From sequence record SRR2962707_5123: a stretch of DNA of 55,681 bases. One strand, written 5' to 3'. This document shows, one piece after another, positions 17,870 to 28,878 of this stretch (positions are counted from its first letter, which is position 1; each line of letters starts with the position of its first letter). The position numbers and the translations under genes were made by a program. The notes beneath the pieces are model-generated. The model was not told the DNA's origin and made no database searches. It saw only the letters and a list, made by a program, of their open reading frames with translations.

Positions 17870-20800
17870 ATGAGCTTCATTAAGAACCTTGTAGAATATT
17901 TCGTGAAGTATCCAATACTTGCGAATGTATTGATTGCCTTAACCCTGGTGGGTGGTGTGATAAGTATGATGAATACCAGGAAATCATACTTTCCAACAAC
18001 TGAAGATAAGAACATTTCCGTATCAGTTGCCTATCCTGGTGCTGCTCCTGAGGAGATGGAAGAAGGAATCACATTGAAGATTGAGGAGGCGCTGAAAGGT
18101 GTGGTAGGCATTTATCGAATCACTTCCACATCCTCTGAAAATGTGGCAGCTATTAACATCGAAAAGATTGATGGCTACAACATTGATGAGTTGTATACAG
18201 ATGTGAAGAATGCGGTCGATGGCATCAGTTCATTTCCGGCAGGCTCTGAAAAACCGATCATAGTCAAACAAAAAAGGCGGACGACTGCCCAACGGATTGC
18301 ATTGATTGGGGATGTAGATCTAAAGACCCTGAAGACTTTCGCTGAAGGAGTAGAGGACGACCTTCTGGCCACTGGAGAGATTTCACAGGTAAATATTTCC
18401 GGTTTGCCACCACTTGAGATATCTATTGAAGTGACGGAAGAAACCCTTCGAAGATATGGTCTGACCTTTACTGAGATTGCCAATGCTGTCCGGGTAAATA
18501 ACCGTGACTTGGCGGCAGGTTCTGTCAAAACAGATGAAGAAGAGATTTTCATTCGATCAAGATCTAAAGAGACTTCAGCTGAAGATATTTCTGATATTGT
18601 TCTTAGAAGTGATAACAATGGTAATAATCTACTCATCAGAGATGTAGCTACCGTAGAAGAAAAATTTGCAGATCAGCCCAATAAATCATTCCTAAATGGT
18701 GAGCGAATTGTATTCATCGAGGTAAATGCGCTGGAGACAGAAGATCTTGAGGAGGTTTCAATTCTGGTGAATAATTACCTGGAAGAATACAATAAAGAGA
18801 ATGATGTGGTAGAACTTATCATGATCAGAGACTTCATGGATCGACTTGATGAGCGTTTGTCACTATTGACTTCTAATGGAGTGGTCGGACTAATTCTGGT
18901 ACTGATATCTCTTGGATTATTTCTGAGTCTCCGACTTTCTTTCTGGGTGGCATGGGGTATCCCATCATCTTTTCTCGGGATGTTCATTCTGGGATCTTTG
19001 GTGGGGCTTACCATCAATCTCATCTCGCTTTTTGGAATGATCCTGGTTATTGGAATCCTTGTGGATGATGGAATTGTGATTGCAGAGAATATTTATTCAC
19101 ACTTTGAAAAGCATGGTAATCCAATCAAAGCAGCTGTACAGGGCACCATTGAAGTGGTTCCATCGGTATTCACTTCGGTACTCACGACAATTATTGCCTT
19201 TGTCCCACTGCTTCTTCTAACAGGAGGGTTCGAATTTTTCGGTGATATGGCCGTGGTAGTGATTTTCTCTCTTGGATTTTCATTGATAGAAGCATTTTTC
19301 GTGCTTCCCGCTCACCTTGCCAGCAAGCACGTGCTGAAGATTAAGCCAGAGCAAACAAGAAGCTATAAGATCAGAAAATTTTTGAACAATGGCATTGACT
19401 ACATGCGGTTCAACTTGTATGGAAGAGCGTTAAAAACTACGATGAAATACAAAGTAGTGTCGCTAGCTTGCCTGATCGGATTCTTTTTCATCATGGGAGG
19501 CATGCTTTCCGGTGGTATTATTCCAATCACCTTGTTTCCACCGATCGAATTCAACAGCATTGATATTAACATAGCCTTTAAACCTGGAGAGTCAGAAACA
19601 AAGGTTGAAGCGTACCTGAAGCGTTTCGAAGATTCCGTTTGGGACCTTAATAAGGAATTGAAGGAGAAAATTGGCACAGAAGACGATATCATAGACTACA
19701 CCTTTAGACGAATCGGTAATTCTGTTTTTGAAAGTGGTTCACATACAGGGAATCTAGGGATATTTCATATTGAGTTGGATGATTATGGGATAAATCAATA
19801 CGAGATCATTAACGGTTTAAGGAGTAGAATTGGAACTGTCCCTGAGGCTGAGAAGTTTACCATCGGAGGTATTAATAGATGGGGCAAACCTGTTGCGGTT
19901 CGAATTCTTGGCAGTGATTATGAATCCTTGGCTGCAGCTAAAGAATACTTAAAGAAGGAGTTAGATAAATTACCTACCCTGAAAGATGTTACCGACGATA
20001 TTCCAATCGGTAACAGGGAAATACAGTTGGAGCTTGAACCTCAGGCATACTTCCTTGGTTTGACGACTAATGACATCTCCAGCCAACTTCGCCAAGGCTT
20101 TTTTGGAGAGGAAATCCAGCGTTTCATGAAGGGGACGGATGAAATCAAAGTGTGGGTGCGATATCCTAAGAAGGATAGAAAAACAATCGATCATTTGGAG
20201 TCGGTGAAGATAAAAGATGCTGACAAGGAATATCCTTTGACGCAATTGGCCAGCTATCAGATCGCCAGAGGTGTTTCCGGAATTCGTCACTATGAAGCCA
20301 AAAGAGCGGTTTCGGTTGAAGCAGATATGGTAGATCCTTTTGGTGATACCAATGCCATATTGAAGCGGGTTGAAAATGAAATTGTACCAGGTATGCTAGC
20401 GAGATTCCCTAACGTCACAGTCGATTACGGAGGACAATCAGAAGAACGAGCAAGGTCAGCACGTGAAATGAGGGCCTACTTTCTCGGTGCCTTTGTGGTG
20501 ATCTTCTTTGTGCTCATGATCAACTTCAGATCAGTATACCAGGCTATCCTCATCATTTTGATGGTGCCAATTGGTGTCTTAGGAGGGGTGCTAGGTCATG
20601 GTATTGAAACCCTTTTTAGCGATATCCCTAAGCCGGTTTCCATTCTTAGTTTATGGGGGATGATGGCTTTAATGGGCGTTATCATCAATGATGCCGTGGT
20701 TTTTCTGGCCAAATACAACTCTCTGATCAAGCATGAACGACAGTCGGTTTATCAGGCGGCTTACAATGCAGGCATTGCACGATTTAGACCGATTATGCTC

Positions 20801-21073
20801 ACCTCACTTACTACTGTGTTAGGGCTGTATCCGTTGATCAAGGAGACCAACTTTGGAGCTCAGTTCTTGATCCCAATGGCTATTTCAGTAGCGTATGGGG
20901 TGTTATTTGGAACCATCATTATTCTATTGTTCTTCCCTGTTTTGATCGTTTTGTTCAATGATCTACGACGATATGCCAAGTGGCTCTGGACAGGACATAA
21001 ACCGTCTCCTGAAGAGGTAGAACGTGTCTTGATCGATGAGCGAAGAATGGAGGAATACAAAGAATCAGCCTAA
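17870..21073 (+). CDS. RND efflux permease (AcrB/AcrD/AcrF family)
   Basis: 1067 aa; YPGAAPEEME, GILVDDGIVIAENI, RFRPIMLTSLTT. Confidence 0.95.
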   Translation: MSFIKNLVEYFVKYPILANVLIALTLVGGVISMMNTRKSYFPTTEDKNISVSVAYPGAAPEEMEEGITLKIEEALKGVVGIYRITSTSSENVAAINIEKIDGYNIDELYTDVKNAVDGISSFPAGSEKPIIVKQKRRTTAQRIALIGDVDLKTLKTFAEGVEDDLLATGEISQVNISGLPPLEISIEVTEETLRRYGLTFTEIANAVRVNNRDLAAGSVKTDEEEIFIRSRSKETSAEDISDIVLRSDNNGNNLLIRDVATVEEKFADQPNKSFLNGERIVFIEVNALETEDLEEVSILVNNYLEEYNKENDVVELIMIRDFMDRLDERLSLLTSNGVVGLILVLISLGLFLSLRLSFWVAWGIPSSFLGMFILGSLVGLTINLISLFGMILVIGILVDDGIVIAENIYSHFEKHGNPIKAAVQGTIEVVPSVFTSVLTTIIAFVPLLLLTGGFEFFGDMAVVVIFSLGFSLIEAFFVLPAHLASKHVLKIKPEQTRSYKIRKFLNNGIDYMRFNLYGRALKTTMKYKVVSLACLIGFFFIMGGMLSGGIIPITLFPPIEFNSIDINIAFKPGESETKVEAYLKRFEDSVWDLNKELKEKIGTEDDIIDYTFRRIGNSVFESGSHTGNLGIFHIELDDYGINQYEIINGLRSRIGTVPEAEKFTIGGINRWGKPVAVRILGSDYESLAAAKEYLKKELDKLPTLKDVTDDIPIGNREIQLELEPQAYFLGLTTNDISSQLRQGFFGEEIQRFMKGTDEIKVWVRYPKKDRKTIDHLESVKIKDADKEYPLTQLASYQIARGVSGIRHYEAKRAVSVEADMVDPFGDTNAILKRVENEIVPGMLARFPNVTVDYGGQSEERARSAREMRAYFLGAFVVIFFVLMINFRSVYQAILIILMVPIGVLGGVLGHGIETLFSDIPKPVSILSLWGMMALMGVIINDAVVFLAKYNSLIKHERQSVYQAAYNAGIARFRPIMLTSLTTVLGLYPLIKETNFGAQFLIPMAISVAYGVLFGTIIILLFFPVLIVLFNDLRRYAKWLWTGHKPSPEEVERVLIDERRMEEYKESA

Positions 21074-21111
21074 TTTTCATCACAAATCATCTAAAGGATT
21101 TTACATATTCA

Positions 21112-22503
21112 ATGAAGAAGTATTTAATACTTACCCTTGCTCTGATAAGCTGTTTTGTAGTTGCTGCCCAGGAATCGCTCTCCTTATCAGATGCAATTCA
21201 ACTTGGATTGCAACGCAATTACAACATTCTGATTGAAGAAGGAAATGTAGAGGTAGCCCAAAACAATAACAATTGGGGAGAGGCTGGTAGGTATCCGACC
21301 ATATCGCTAAATGTGAATCAAAACAATGGAATAACCGATAACGTCAAAGTTGCAAACCCATTTTCCCTGCAAGGACAAATACAGTCTAACAGTGTTGTTC
21401 CATCTCTTAATGTGAACTGGGCCATCTTTGATGGATTCAGGGTCAATATCAGCAAAAGAAGATTTGAACTGCTGCAGGCAGAAACTCAGGGAAATGCATC
21501 CGTAGTGATAGCAAATACCCTTCAAAGCATCATTCTTGGGTATTACCTGGCTGTTTTGGAGCAGGAGCGTTTAGGTGAGTTTAGAAAGCAATTAGACCTG
21601 TCCAGGGACAAGTATCAATACATTCGATTGAAGTCGGACCTGGGTAGTGCTGTAACCACGGATTTATTACTTGAAGAGGGTAACTACCTGACAGATTCCA
21701 TTAACTACATCAATCAGCAGCTCATATTCAGAAATACTGTCAGAGACCTAAATGTCTTGTTAGCAGAAGGAAATGTGGGTAGGATGTATGTGCTCACAGA
21801 TTCCCTAACCATCCCTGATGAGCAGTATACCATCGACGATCTTAGAAATCGTATGCTTGCCGAAAACGTAGATTTAAAGAAACAATACATCACTCAATCT
21901 ATTCTTGGGGCTGGGCTTCAGTTGTCAAAAGCTGATCGCTATCCAACTTTGTCGCTGAATGCAGGCTTTTCTGAAAACAGAGGTAGAAATGATTTTTCTA
22001 ATACCAGTAGAGGGGAATTTCAGCGTGATTCCCTAGCGCAAAATCCTAATGCTCAATTTGTGCCGGATTATTTAACTCCACTCAGCTCGGTAACGGATAA
22101 TTACTTTGCGAATTTCACCTTATCCTTCACACTATTTAATGGAGGAAAAATCAATCGGGCAATTAAGAATGCCGTGGTAAATGAGCGTATTGGCCAGCTA
22201 CGCGTTGATCAGCTTGAAAATTCATTGGATCGCGATTTACTGGCAGCATTGGATCGATATGAGATCCGAAGACAGCTTTTTGGGATCAACGAAAGGAGGG
22301 AGTCAGCAGCTGAAACCAACCTGAGGCTGACCGAAGAAAAGTTCAGAAATGGGTCAATCAATTCATTTGACTATCGGGACGTACAAAATACCTACCTATC
22401 TGCATCCATTCTAAGATTGCAGGCGGCCTATAACCTTATTAATTCTAAAGTAGAATTGATGAGATTGACAGGAGGCTTAATTCGGGAATTCAGAGAGAAT
22501 TAA
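21112..22503 (+). CDS. TolC-family outer membrane channel
   Basis: Signal peptide, LSLSDAIQLGLQRN, repeated RYPT.SLN and (I/L)F(D/N)G motifs. Confidence 0.92.
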   Translation: MKKYLILTLALISCFVVAAQESLSLSDAIQLGLQRNYNILIEEGNVEVAQNNNNWGEAGRYPTISLNVNQNNGITDNVKVANPFSLQGQIQSNSVVPSLNVNWAIFDGFRVNISKRRFELLQAETQGNASVVIANTLQSIILGYYLAVLEQERLGEFRKQLDLSRDKYQYIRLKSDLGSAVTTDLLLEEGNYLTDSINYINQQLIFRNTVRDLNVLLAEGNVGRMYVLTDSLTIPDEQYTIDDLRNRMLAENVDLKKQYITQSILGAGLQLSKADRYPTLSLNAGFSENRGRNDFSNTSRGEFQRDSLAQNPNAQFVPDYLTPLSSVTDNYFANFTLSFTLFNGGKINRAIKNAVVNERIGQLRVDQLENSLDRDLLAALDRYEIRRQLFGINERRESAAETNLRLTEEKFRNGSINSFDYRDVQNTYLSASILRLQAAYNLINSKVELMRLTGGLIREFREN

Positions 22504-22868
22504 AGGTCTATTTTGATTTCACTAATCGATCCGGGCTGAGCTTGACCACCAGCTTCAACAGCACGCCAATAATACACCACCAATCGTTCAGTTGACACTG
22601 TATATCCCGTGATATTATCTAAGTCGATGCGCGCCTGACCTCTTGCAGTGAGCTTATCTTGTTCCTCTGAAACCATTGGAGCCCAGAGGGCAAGAGACAA
22701 TTCATCCATCACGAAATAGTAAAGCGTTAACTCAGTATTGTTAAGGAGGCTCAACTGCTCGCCTTCTATGGTTACTGTTATCTCATTGCCAGCCAACGTA
22801 TCATCATCATTGCAACCGCAGATCCCCAAACCAAGGATTACCATTAATCCAACTACTACCTTTTTCAT
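22500..22868 (-). CDS. Hypothetical lipoprotein
   Basis: MKK + hydrophobic stretch + GCNDDD; start placed at ATG 22868. Confidence 0.7.
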   Translation of the reverse strand: MKKVVVGLMVILGLGICGCNDDDTLAGNEITVTIEGEQLSLLNNTELTLYYFVMDELSLALWAPMVSEEQDKLTARGQARIDLDNITGYTVSTERLVVYYWRAVEAGGQAQPGSISEIKIDL

Positions 22869-22921
22869 TACATACCAATTTCTTTCTATACAAGCCATCT
22901 TAGAAATACCCTATTCGATAA

Positions 22922-24223
22922 TTAATAGGCATCCCGAAGATCTTTCAGAAATTGCTCCATCGCTCTTTTTATCTCTTCGGTCGGTCGGATGTAATGATTG
23001 TTCATGAGTGAGAAAATTACTCTTTTTCCTGAGCGAGTGACCAGGAAGCCACTAAGGTTATGATTGTTGGAAAGGGAGCCCGTTTTGGCGTAGATGTAAG
23101 AATTTTCATCTACTTCCAGAAGGTACAATTTTTCGAGTGTACCCTCTCCACTTGTTGCCATCAGGCGGGTGATTTTTTCCCAGCCAAATTCCTGATAGCA
23201 TTTTCTAAGTAGTCGGACATGATCAACCGGGGCAATCAGGTTATATCTCGACAGCCCGGATCCATCTACCCAAACCATTTCATTCAAATCGGCCAGCCAA
23301 ACCGTTTTTACATGATTAATGAATGGCTTTACTTCATCAAAACCATTTTTCCAGGCAGCCAGCAGTAGTAGTTGCTCGGCAAGGAAATTATCACTTGGTT
23401 TCATCATCCTTGACAAAACAGAATCCAGAGGCTGTGAATAGAGCGTGTCAGTTGGAGCGAATGGTTCATTCGAAATGGAAATGGGCATTTTCAAGGTATC
23501 CGATAGAAGTTGAGCCAAAAGCTCAGTTGAATACTCGAATGGAATAGTGCGTTCAAAGTCGGAAGTATCACTCTCCAGATACGCTTTAAATAAGTTGAAA
23601 CGAATTTCACGATCTACCAGCTCACCAGGCCTTACTTGATTTTCTACATCTACAAAATCATCGAAGAAGGAGGGGGTTACAGACAGAGTCGTATCTACTT
23701 TTTTGATCGAGACGGTATTGCCATATATAGGCCACCAACTACGTTGAGGTTGAAAATCATACAGGTAATCATCCCATGCCCATCCACTACCGAATGGTTG
23801 AATTTTGTCCGGAGGAAATGATATTGAAAGTGACTCCTGCTCTCCCAAATATTCAAGAATGGGTTGGTGCTTGAATTTGCGATACAAAAACGAAGGTTCA
23901 CCAATAGGACGAACAACAAGCTTATTGTTGGTTTGGCTAATCAAAAGGGCTGGCAAGGTGTCACCAAAGGATTTCAATGCTACGTACATGGTTAACATTT
24001 TCGTGTTGGAAGCCGGTGTAAATAGAAGTGTGGAATTGTAGTCAGCGATGTACTCATCCTTGTCTATATCGAATAGGCTGAACCCAGTGAAGTGGTTGGA
24101 AAATACCTCTGAGTTTTTAAGAATGGAGGTAATATCTTTCTCAACAGCGAGTTGTTTGACAGACGAGCAACCAATAACAAAGAACATCAGAGGCAATATC
24201 CATACTGATTTTCTACGAATCAT
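22922..24223 (-). CDS. dacB: D-Ala-D-Ala carboxypeptidase/endopeptidase (peptidase S13, PBP4-like), lipoprotein
   Basis: PASNTK (SxxK), SDN (SxN), DGSGLSRYN, KTGSL; lipobox VIGC; start estimated at 24223. Confidence 0.88.
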   Translation of the reverse strand: MIRRKSVWILPLMFFVIGCSSVKQLAVEKDITSILKNSEVFSNHFTGFSLFDIDKDEYIADYNSTLLFTPASNTKMLTMYVALKSFGDTLPALLISQTNNKLVVRPIGEPSFLYRKFKHQPILEYLGEQESLSISFPPDKIQPFGSGWAWDDYLYDFQPQRSWWPIYGNTVSIKKVDTTLSVTPSFFDDFVDVENQVRPGELVDREIRFNLFKAYLESDTSDFERTIPFEYSTELLAQLLSDTLKMPISISNEPFAPTDTLYSQPLDSVLSRMMKPSDNFLAEQLLLLAAWKNGFDEVKPFINHVKTVWLADLNEMVWVDGSGLSRYNLIAPVDHVRLLRKCYQEFGWEKITRLMATSGEGTLEKLYLLEVDENSYIYAKTGSLSNNHNLSGFLVTRSGKRVIFSLMNNHYIRPTEEIKRAMEQFLKDLRDAY

Positions 24224-24378
24224 CCCTAACGGAAAATACTGATTCGGTTTGGTTTTTTGGTCGGTTGAGGTCATAGGAGCTAATTTGCCAATCAAAGCAA
24301 TCCGTTTTTTTGGTACTCTTTTATTATTTATTTTGCTAACACTAATCTAAACCAATACGAAACTACTACCTATAGCCA

Positions 24379-25665
24379 ATGAGTATTCTCGAACTAATCA
24401 CCTTCCTAATATTTCTAGCTGCTGGGTTTACGCTAATCAATATTACGGTTTTAAAGCTGCCTTCCACGATCGGATTGATGTTTATCGCCCTGATCATGTC
24501 CATTACTATTTTGATCCTGGGCTACTTTTTCCCATCGGTTACTGAGGGCGCCGAACACATTATTGCAGAGTTTGATTTTGAAGAAGTATTGATGAATGTC
24601 ATGCTTAACTTCCTGCTCTTTGCCGGTGCATTGTCCATCAATCTCAACAAACTGATGGAAGAGCGATTGCCAATTTTTGTACTGGCAATTGGAAGTACGC
24701 TGATGTCTACATTCATTGTCGGCTACCTGGTATACACGATCTTCCCGATGATCCTTGGATACGAAATTGATATTATCTACTGCCTGCTATTTGGTGCGTT
24801 GATTTCTCCTACGGATCCAATCGCTGTATTGGCCTTGGTGAAGAAAGCCGGACTATCGAAGAAACTTGAAATTAAAATTGCAGGTGAATCATTGTTCAAT
24901 GACGGAGTTGGTGTGGTTGTATTCCTTACCATCCTCGGTATTGCGAAAGCTCAGGCTGGTATTCATGAGCCTGGTGGCCATGGTGCCGGTGAGATTACTG
25001 CTGGAAGTGTTGCTATGTTGTTTGCAGTCGAGGTGATTGGAGGGGTTGGACTTGGAGCTGCTCTCGGATTTGCTGGATTTAAGCTCTTGGATTTTATTGA
25101 TAATGATCATGTCGAGTTGGAGGTATTGGTGACTTTGTCCCTTGTTATGGTAGGAGGTAGAGTAGCAGAATTACTTCACGTATCTGCTCCACTAGGAATG
25201 GTGGTTATGGGACTTTTCATTGGTAACGAAGGTAGGGACGAGAAACTCGCAAATGCCACAGGAGAATATGTGTTCAAATTCTGGCACTTGCTTGACGAAG
25301 CACTCAATGCCATACTATTCATATTAATTGGTCTGGAGATGATGGTCATTGCTGATTCATTCACCTTGAATAACCTCGCCATTGGTGGTATTGGTATTCT
25401 AATAGTGTTGACGGCAAGATTACTAGGTGTGAGTATCCCGGTTCTGATTATGTCTACCTTTAGATCATTTGAGCCTAAGACCATTCAAATCCTTACATGG
25501 GGAGGATTGAGGGGAGGAATTTCTGTGGCACTGGCACTTTCCTTGTCAGATTTCACCTGGATTGAGCCTGCAGTAAAGGAAACCATATTGTTTACAACCT
25601 ACTGCGTAGTGGTATTTTCCATTTTGGTTCAAGGGCTAACAATAGGGGCTTTGTTAAAAAAATAA
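24379..25665 (+). CDS. Na+/H+ antiporter, CPA1/NhaP type
   Basis: [35 protein letters not shown]. Confidence 0.93.
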   Translation: MSILELITFLIFLAAGFTLINITVLKLPSTIGLMFIALIMSITILILGYFFPSVTEGAEHIIAEFDFEEVLMNVMLNFLLFAGALSINLNKLMEERLPIFVLAIGSTLMSTFIVGYLVYTIFPMILGYEIDIIYCLLFGALISPTDPIAVLALVKKAGLSKKLEIKIAGESLFNDGVGVVVFLTILGIAKAQAGIHEPGGHGAGEITAGSVAMLFAVEVIGGVGLGAALGFAGFKLLDFIDNDHVELEVLVTLSLVMVGGRVAELLHVSAPLGMVVMGLFIGNEGRDEKLANATGEYVFKFWHLLDEALNAILFILIGLEMMVIADSFTLNNLAIGGIGILIVLTARLLGVSIPVLIMSTFRSFEPKTIQILTWGGLRGGISVALALSLSDFTWIEPAVKETILFTTYCVVVFSILVQGLTIGALLKK

Positions 25666-25783
25666 CTTGGGAGCTATCTACTTTCATTGAAATTTATGAA
25701 ATTCGCTTTTTGAGAAACTTTTAACCGACTATGGAAAGATATCCAAAGGATCTCCTTCCGATCTTTAAAAAACCTATTATCTA

Positions 25784-26410
25784 ATGAAACTAAGTATTGC
25801 CGAGGGATTTTACCTAATTGCACTTGATGATGAAGAAGGAAGAATTTTAGCAGCCGCTGAAAAAACGGTGGTTCCTGGAGTTATTTCTGCCTGCATTCTT
25901 GAGCTGTATTTACTAAAGAAGATATCTCTTGCTGGTGGTGTCGTAAAAGTATTGGACACCATTGGTACTGGTAATGGTATTCTTGATAATGTTCTCAAAA
26001 AACTTCAAAGTGGGACTCCTGTAGTTGATCAGGTGAAAACCATGTCGTCTAAATTCAAAGACATTCAGGAAGATTTGAATGCTCTTTTGGTTCAAAGAGG
26101 GATTTTGAAGAAAGAAGAGACCAAACTGCTTTGGATTCCACTTTCTGATCGAATGGACAATGCTAACTATGCTTTTGAGCAGGAAATAAGAAACAATCTG
26201 AAGGCCATTGTATTTAAAAGTGCAAAACCAAGTCCTTCTTTCACGATTCTTTATTCATTGATAGACTATTGTAATATTCTAGATGAAGTATTCAAAGATC
26301 GTGATGAGCTAATCGATGCTGAGAAGGTAGGTAAGGACATCATTTCTATCTCTGGTGTAGACGATGATTTGGCTCTTGCTCTCATGCAGCTAAAAGAATA
26401 CTTCTCGTAA
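25784..26410 (+). CDS. GPP34 / GOLPH3-VPS74 family protein
   Basis: LSIAEGFYLIALDDEEG, ACILELYL.KKI, TGNGILD..L, LVQRGILKKEE.K.LW pattern. Confidence 0.8.
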   Translation: MKLSIAEGFYLIALDDEEGRILAAAEKTVVPGVISACILELYLLKKISLAGGVVKVLDTIGTGNGILDNVLKKLQSGTPVVDQVKTMSSKFKDIQEDLNALLVQRGILKKEETKLLWIPLSDRMDNANYAFEQEIRNNLKAIVFKSAKPSPSFTILYSLIDYCNILDEVFKDRDELIDAEKVGKDIISISGVDDDLALALMQLKEYFS

Positions 26411-26459
26411 TTTTCGATTTATTTTCTGGTAGAATCTGAAGATAACCAATTGGTTGATT

Positions 26460-26900
26460 TTACTCTGTTTGATCTTCCTCTGAGCTGTTGTTGATAAGGT
26501 CTTCTCGCTGAAGCTCAATCAATTCAGCCCTTTCAAGTAGTAGATAGTACTCAAATGATTCCTGGTAAAGAGTAAAAGCTTCTTCTTCAGAGATATTAAA
26601 CATTCTTGCGTACATCTTACTCTGGAAGTACTGCATCGTCTTAAGATATGAGATGATGGTGTCTTGCTTTTCCATCAGTTTGTTAGCCCTGAACGCCATG
26701 AAGCCAAAACCTTCGTGAGGGTTGTTATTGTCTCTCTCCGTCATCAGGTATTCGATACCGTCCACAGTTACTTTGGTGAAATGGGTCTGTTCGAAATTAT
26801 CCCGAACTGCACGAGGGCGAAATTCCTCACCTTCGTTGATGTCTCTGTTTTGACATCCTACTAATGCAATGACAGTGGATAGAAGTAGTAACTTTTTCAT
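26460..26900 (-). CDS. Hypothetical lipoprotein coupled to the K+ channel gene
   Basis: MKKLLLL...ALVGC lipobox; ATGA overlap with the upstream stop. Confidence 0.8.
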   Translation of the reverse strand: MKKLLLLSTVIALVGCQNRDINEGEEFRPRAVRDNFEQTHFTKVTVDGIEYLMTERDNNNPHEGFGFMAFRANKLMEKQDTIISYLKTMQYFQSKMYARMFNISEEEAFTLYQESFEYYLLLERAELIELQREDLINNSSEEDQTE

Positions 26901-27982
26901 TTTCCGTCTTTTACAGCTCCTTCCTCAACACCGAATATTTTTCTTAGCAATTTGAAGGCTTTACCATTGAGGATAATGATCAGATAGTCACCATTGTTGA
27001 TTTTCAAATCTCCTAGTGGGTTTTTGATCAGTTTTTTATGACCGTATTTGTCGCGTTTCGTGATACCAATTAGAACTGAGTTGTATCGTTTTTTCAGATC
27101 GAAAAATACTTCCTGATAGGCTTTCCCATTATAAGGGTTCTTTGGGGTTACCAATAATTGCTTGATGTCATAGTCACTATCGGACTTGGCATAGGACAGA
27201 ATGGATTCACTATAAGATGCAACATCGGGCTCGAACATGTAGGATGCGAGCAGCTTGGACGAAATTTCTTTGGTTGAAATAGTATTACTTACTCCAGCTG
27301 AAAGGAAAGTGTTTTTAAGATCACCGTTTTCCAACGTTACAACGAAATCTGTTTCCGGGAATATCTTTTTGAGATTAAGTACATAGACCAACTTCTCCGT
27401 GTCGTCTTCCATGTTTACAAAAACAATGGTGGCTTCTTCAATATTGGACTTTCTGATCAGGTCATGATTATTGTAATCACTGAAAATAACGAATACATTC
27501 TTTGGGCTGTATTTTTCCTTGATGAGCTCAACATCATCTTTACGATTCGTTATGATAGAAACTCTTTTACCTACACCTACCAACTGATCCACCACATGCC
27601 ACCCGAATTCATTCCAACCAATAATAACTGCGTGGTTATTGAAGTTGGTACCATTGTAGCCAAGCTTCTTATTTTCTTTGATAGTCGTCATAAGTGTTGT
27701 TAATTGTCCAATTAATAATCCGAAAATAAAGATACTCGTAAGCATCAATACATACCCAATCATCCGGCCGTAGATGGTGCCTGGGAACAAATCACCATAT
27801 CCCACTGTGGTCAGTGTCGCCAACGAATACCAGATGGCATTGGAGTAATTTGTAAGGTTGGATTGTTCACTGTCCTGCTCTACAATTACCAGTGTATGCA
27901 CAAGGAGCATATACACCGATACAAAAAGCAGGATACTCAGAAATATCCTCAGAGTTGTATTCTTTTTTAGGCTAGACGGCAT
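26897..27982 (-). CDS. Two-TM potassium channel with RCK domains (MthK-like)
   Basis: TLTTVGYGD filter between two TM helices; HAVIIGWNEFG RCK_N and a C-terminal RCK_C. Confidence 0.92.
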   Translation of the reverse strand: MPSSLKKNTTLRIFLSILLFVSVYMLLVHTLVIVEQDSEQSNLTNYSNAIWYSLATLTTVGYGDLFPGTIYGRMIGYVLMLTSIFIFGLLIGQLTTLMTTIKENKKLGYNGTNFNNHAVIIGWNEFGWHVVDQLVGVGKRVSIITNRKDDVELIKEKYSPKNVFVIFSDYNNHDLIRKSNIEEATIVFVNMEDDTEKLVYVLNLKKIFPETDFVVTLENGDLKNTFLSAGVSNTISTKEISSKLLASYMFEPDVASYSESILSYAKSDSDYDIKQLLVTPKNPYNGKAYQEVFFDLKKRYNSVLIGITKRDKYGHKKLIKNPLGDLKINNGDYLIIILNGKAFKLLRKIFGVEEGAVKDGK

Positions 27983-27998
27983 AGGCGTAGGTAAATGT

Positions 27999-28006
27999 CA
28001 AATATA
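27999..28006 (-). promoter_or_regulatory. -7 promoter box for the K+ channel operon
   Basis: TATATTTG on the minus strand, 16 nt before the ATG. Confidence 0.6.
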
Positions 28007-28021
28007 ACATAATCACCGATC

Positions 28022-28069
28022 AAAAAAACCGCCATGTAAATACCATTCATCATTTATTGTGAATGGCGC
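28022..28069 (-). terminator. Possible terminator after the exonuclease gene
   Basis: CGCCAT...ATGGCG closing stem followed by a T7 run on the minus strand; interior imperfect. Confidence 0.4.
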
Positions 28070-28074
28070 AAAGT

Positions 28075-28878
28075 TTATTGATTGAAGCTTCTGAGTTTGA
28101 TTTTAGTAAGCTTTCGTTTGGTATCTAAAGGAAAATCGCCTTTCATGATCCAATCATAAAAACTGGGTTCCTTCTGTAGGACCTCAGTAACTACTTTGCC
28201 TCTGTGTTTTCCAAAGTTGAAAACTTCCACTCCATCCTTGTAGACCATTCTTCCTGCCAAATCCACACGATCCGAAGTGGTAAGTCCATGGAGTACTGCC
28301 ATGTCATTGGTGATGTCAGCCAGCTTATTCCCCAAATTATCGAAAGCCTCTTGACCCTCGTATCGCTCGATTTGAGAAACCAGCACTTCATAAGTTGCGC
28401 GAGTATCTGCCAGTGCACTATGGGCATTTTCCAATGTTTTATCACAATAGAATTTGTAGGCGGCTGTAAGATTCCTTTTTTCCATCAAATGAAAGATCTT
28501 CTGCGCATCAACAATCTTCCGATTATCCACTTCAAAGTCTACATTGGCCCTTAAAAATTCTTCAACAAGCATGGGTACATCAAATCCAAGTACATTGAAT
28601 CCGGAGAGATCACAACCCTCTAAAAATTGAATCAAGGATTTGGCTACTTGCTTGAAGGTGGGCTCATCTTTTACATCCTCATCGTAAATGCCATGAATCA
28701 GGCTTGTTTCGATAGGAATGGGAATGGTTGGATTAAGTCGCCTGTTCTTCTCTTCTACGCTTCCGTCTGGCATAACTTTGATCATGGCGATCTCCACGAT
28801 GCGGTCTTGTGAAATATTGGTGCCAGTAGTTTCAAGATCAAATACAACCAGCGGATTTTTAAGATTCAGTTTGAACAA
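28075..28878 (-). CDS. DEDDh 3'-5' exonuclease (Pol III epsilon-like)
   Basis: DLETTG, FN...FD, HSALAD; C-terminal FNFGKHRG; TTG start. Confidence 0.92.
   Translation of the reverse strand: MFKLNLKNPLVVFDLETTGTNISQDRIVEIAMIKVMPDGSVEEKNRRLNPTIPIPIETSLIHGIYDEDVKDEPTFKQVAKSLIQFLEGCDLSGFNVLGFDVPMLVEEFLRANVDFEVDNRKIVDAQKIFHLMEKRNLTAAYKFYCDKTLENAHSALADTRATYEVLVSQIERYEGQEAFDNLGNKLADITNDMAVLHGLTTSDRVDLAGRMVYKDGVEVFNFGKHRGKVVTEVLQKEPSFYDWIMKGDFPLDTKRKLTKIKLRSFNQ

Noticed and set aside
24258-24280. CGGTTGAGGTCAT upstream of the Na+/H+ antiporter as a possible Na+/Li+ riboswitch
   Set aside because: I could not build supporting stems or an expression platform. An Rfam/Infernal scan of 24224-24378 would settle it.
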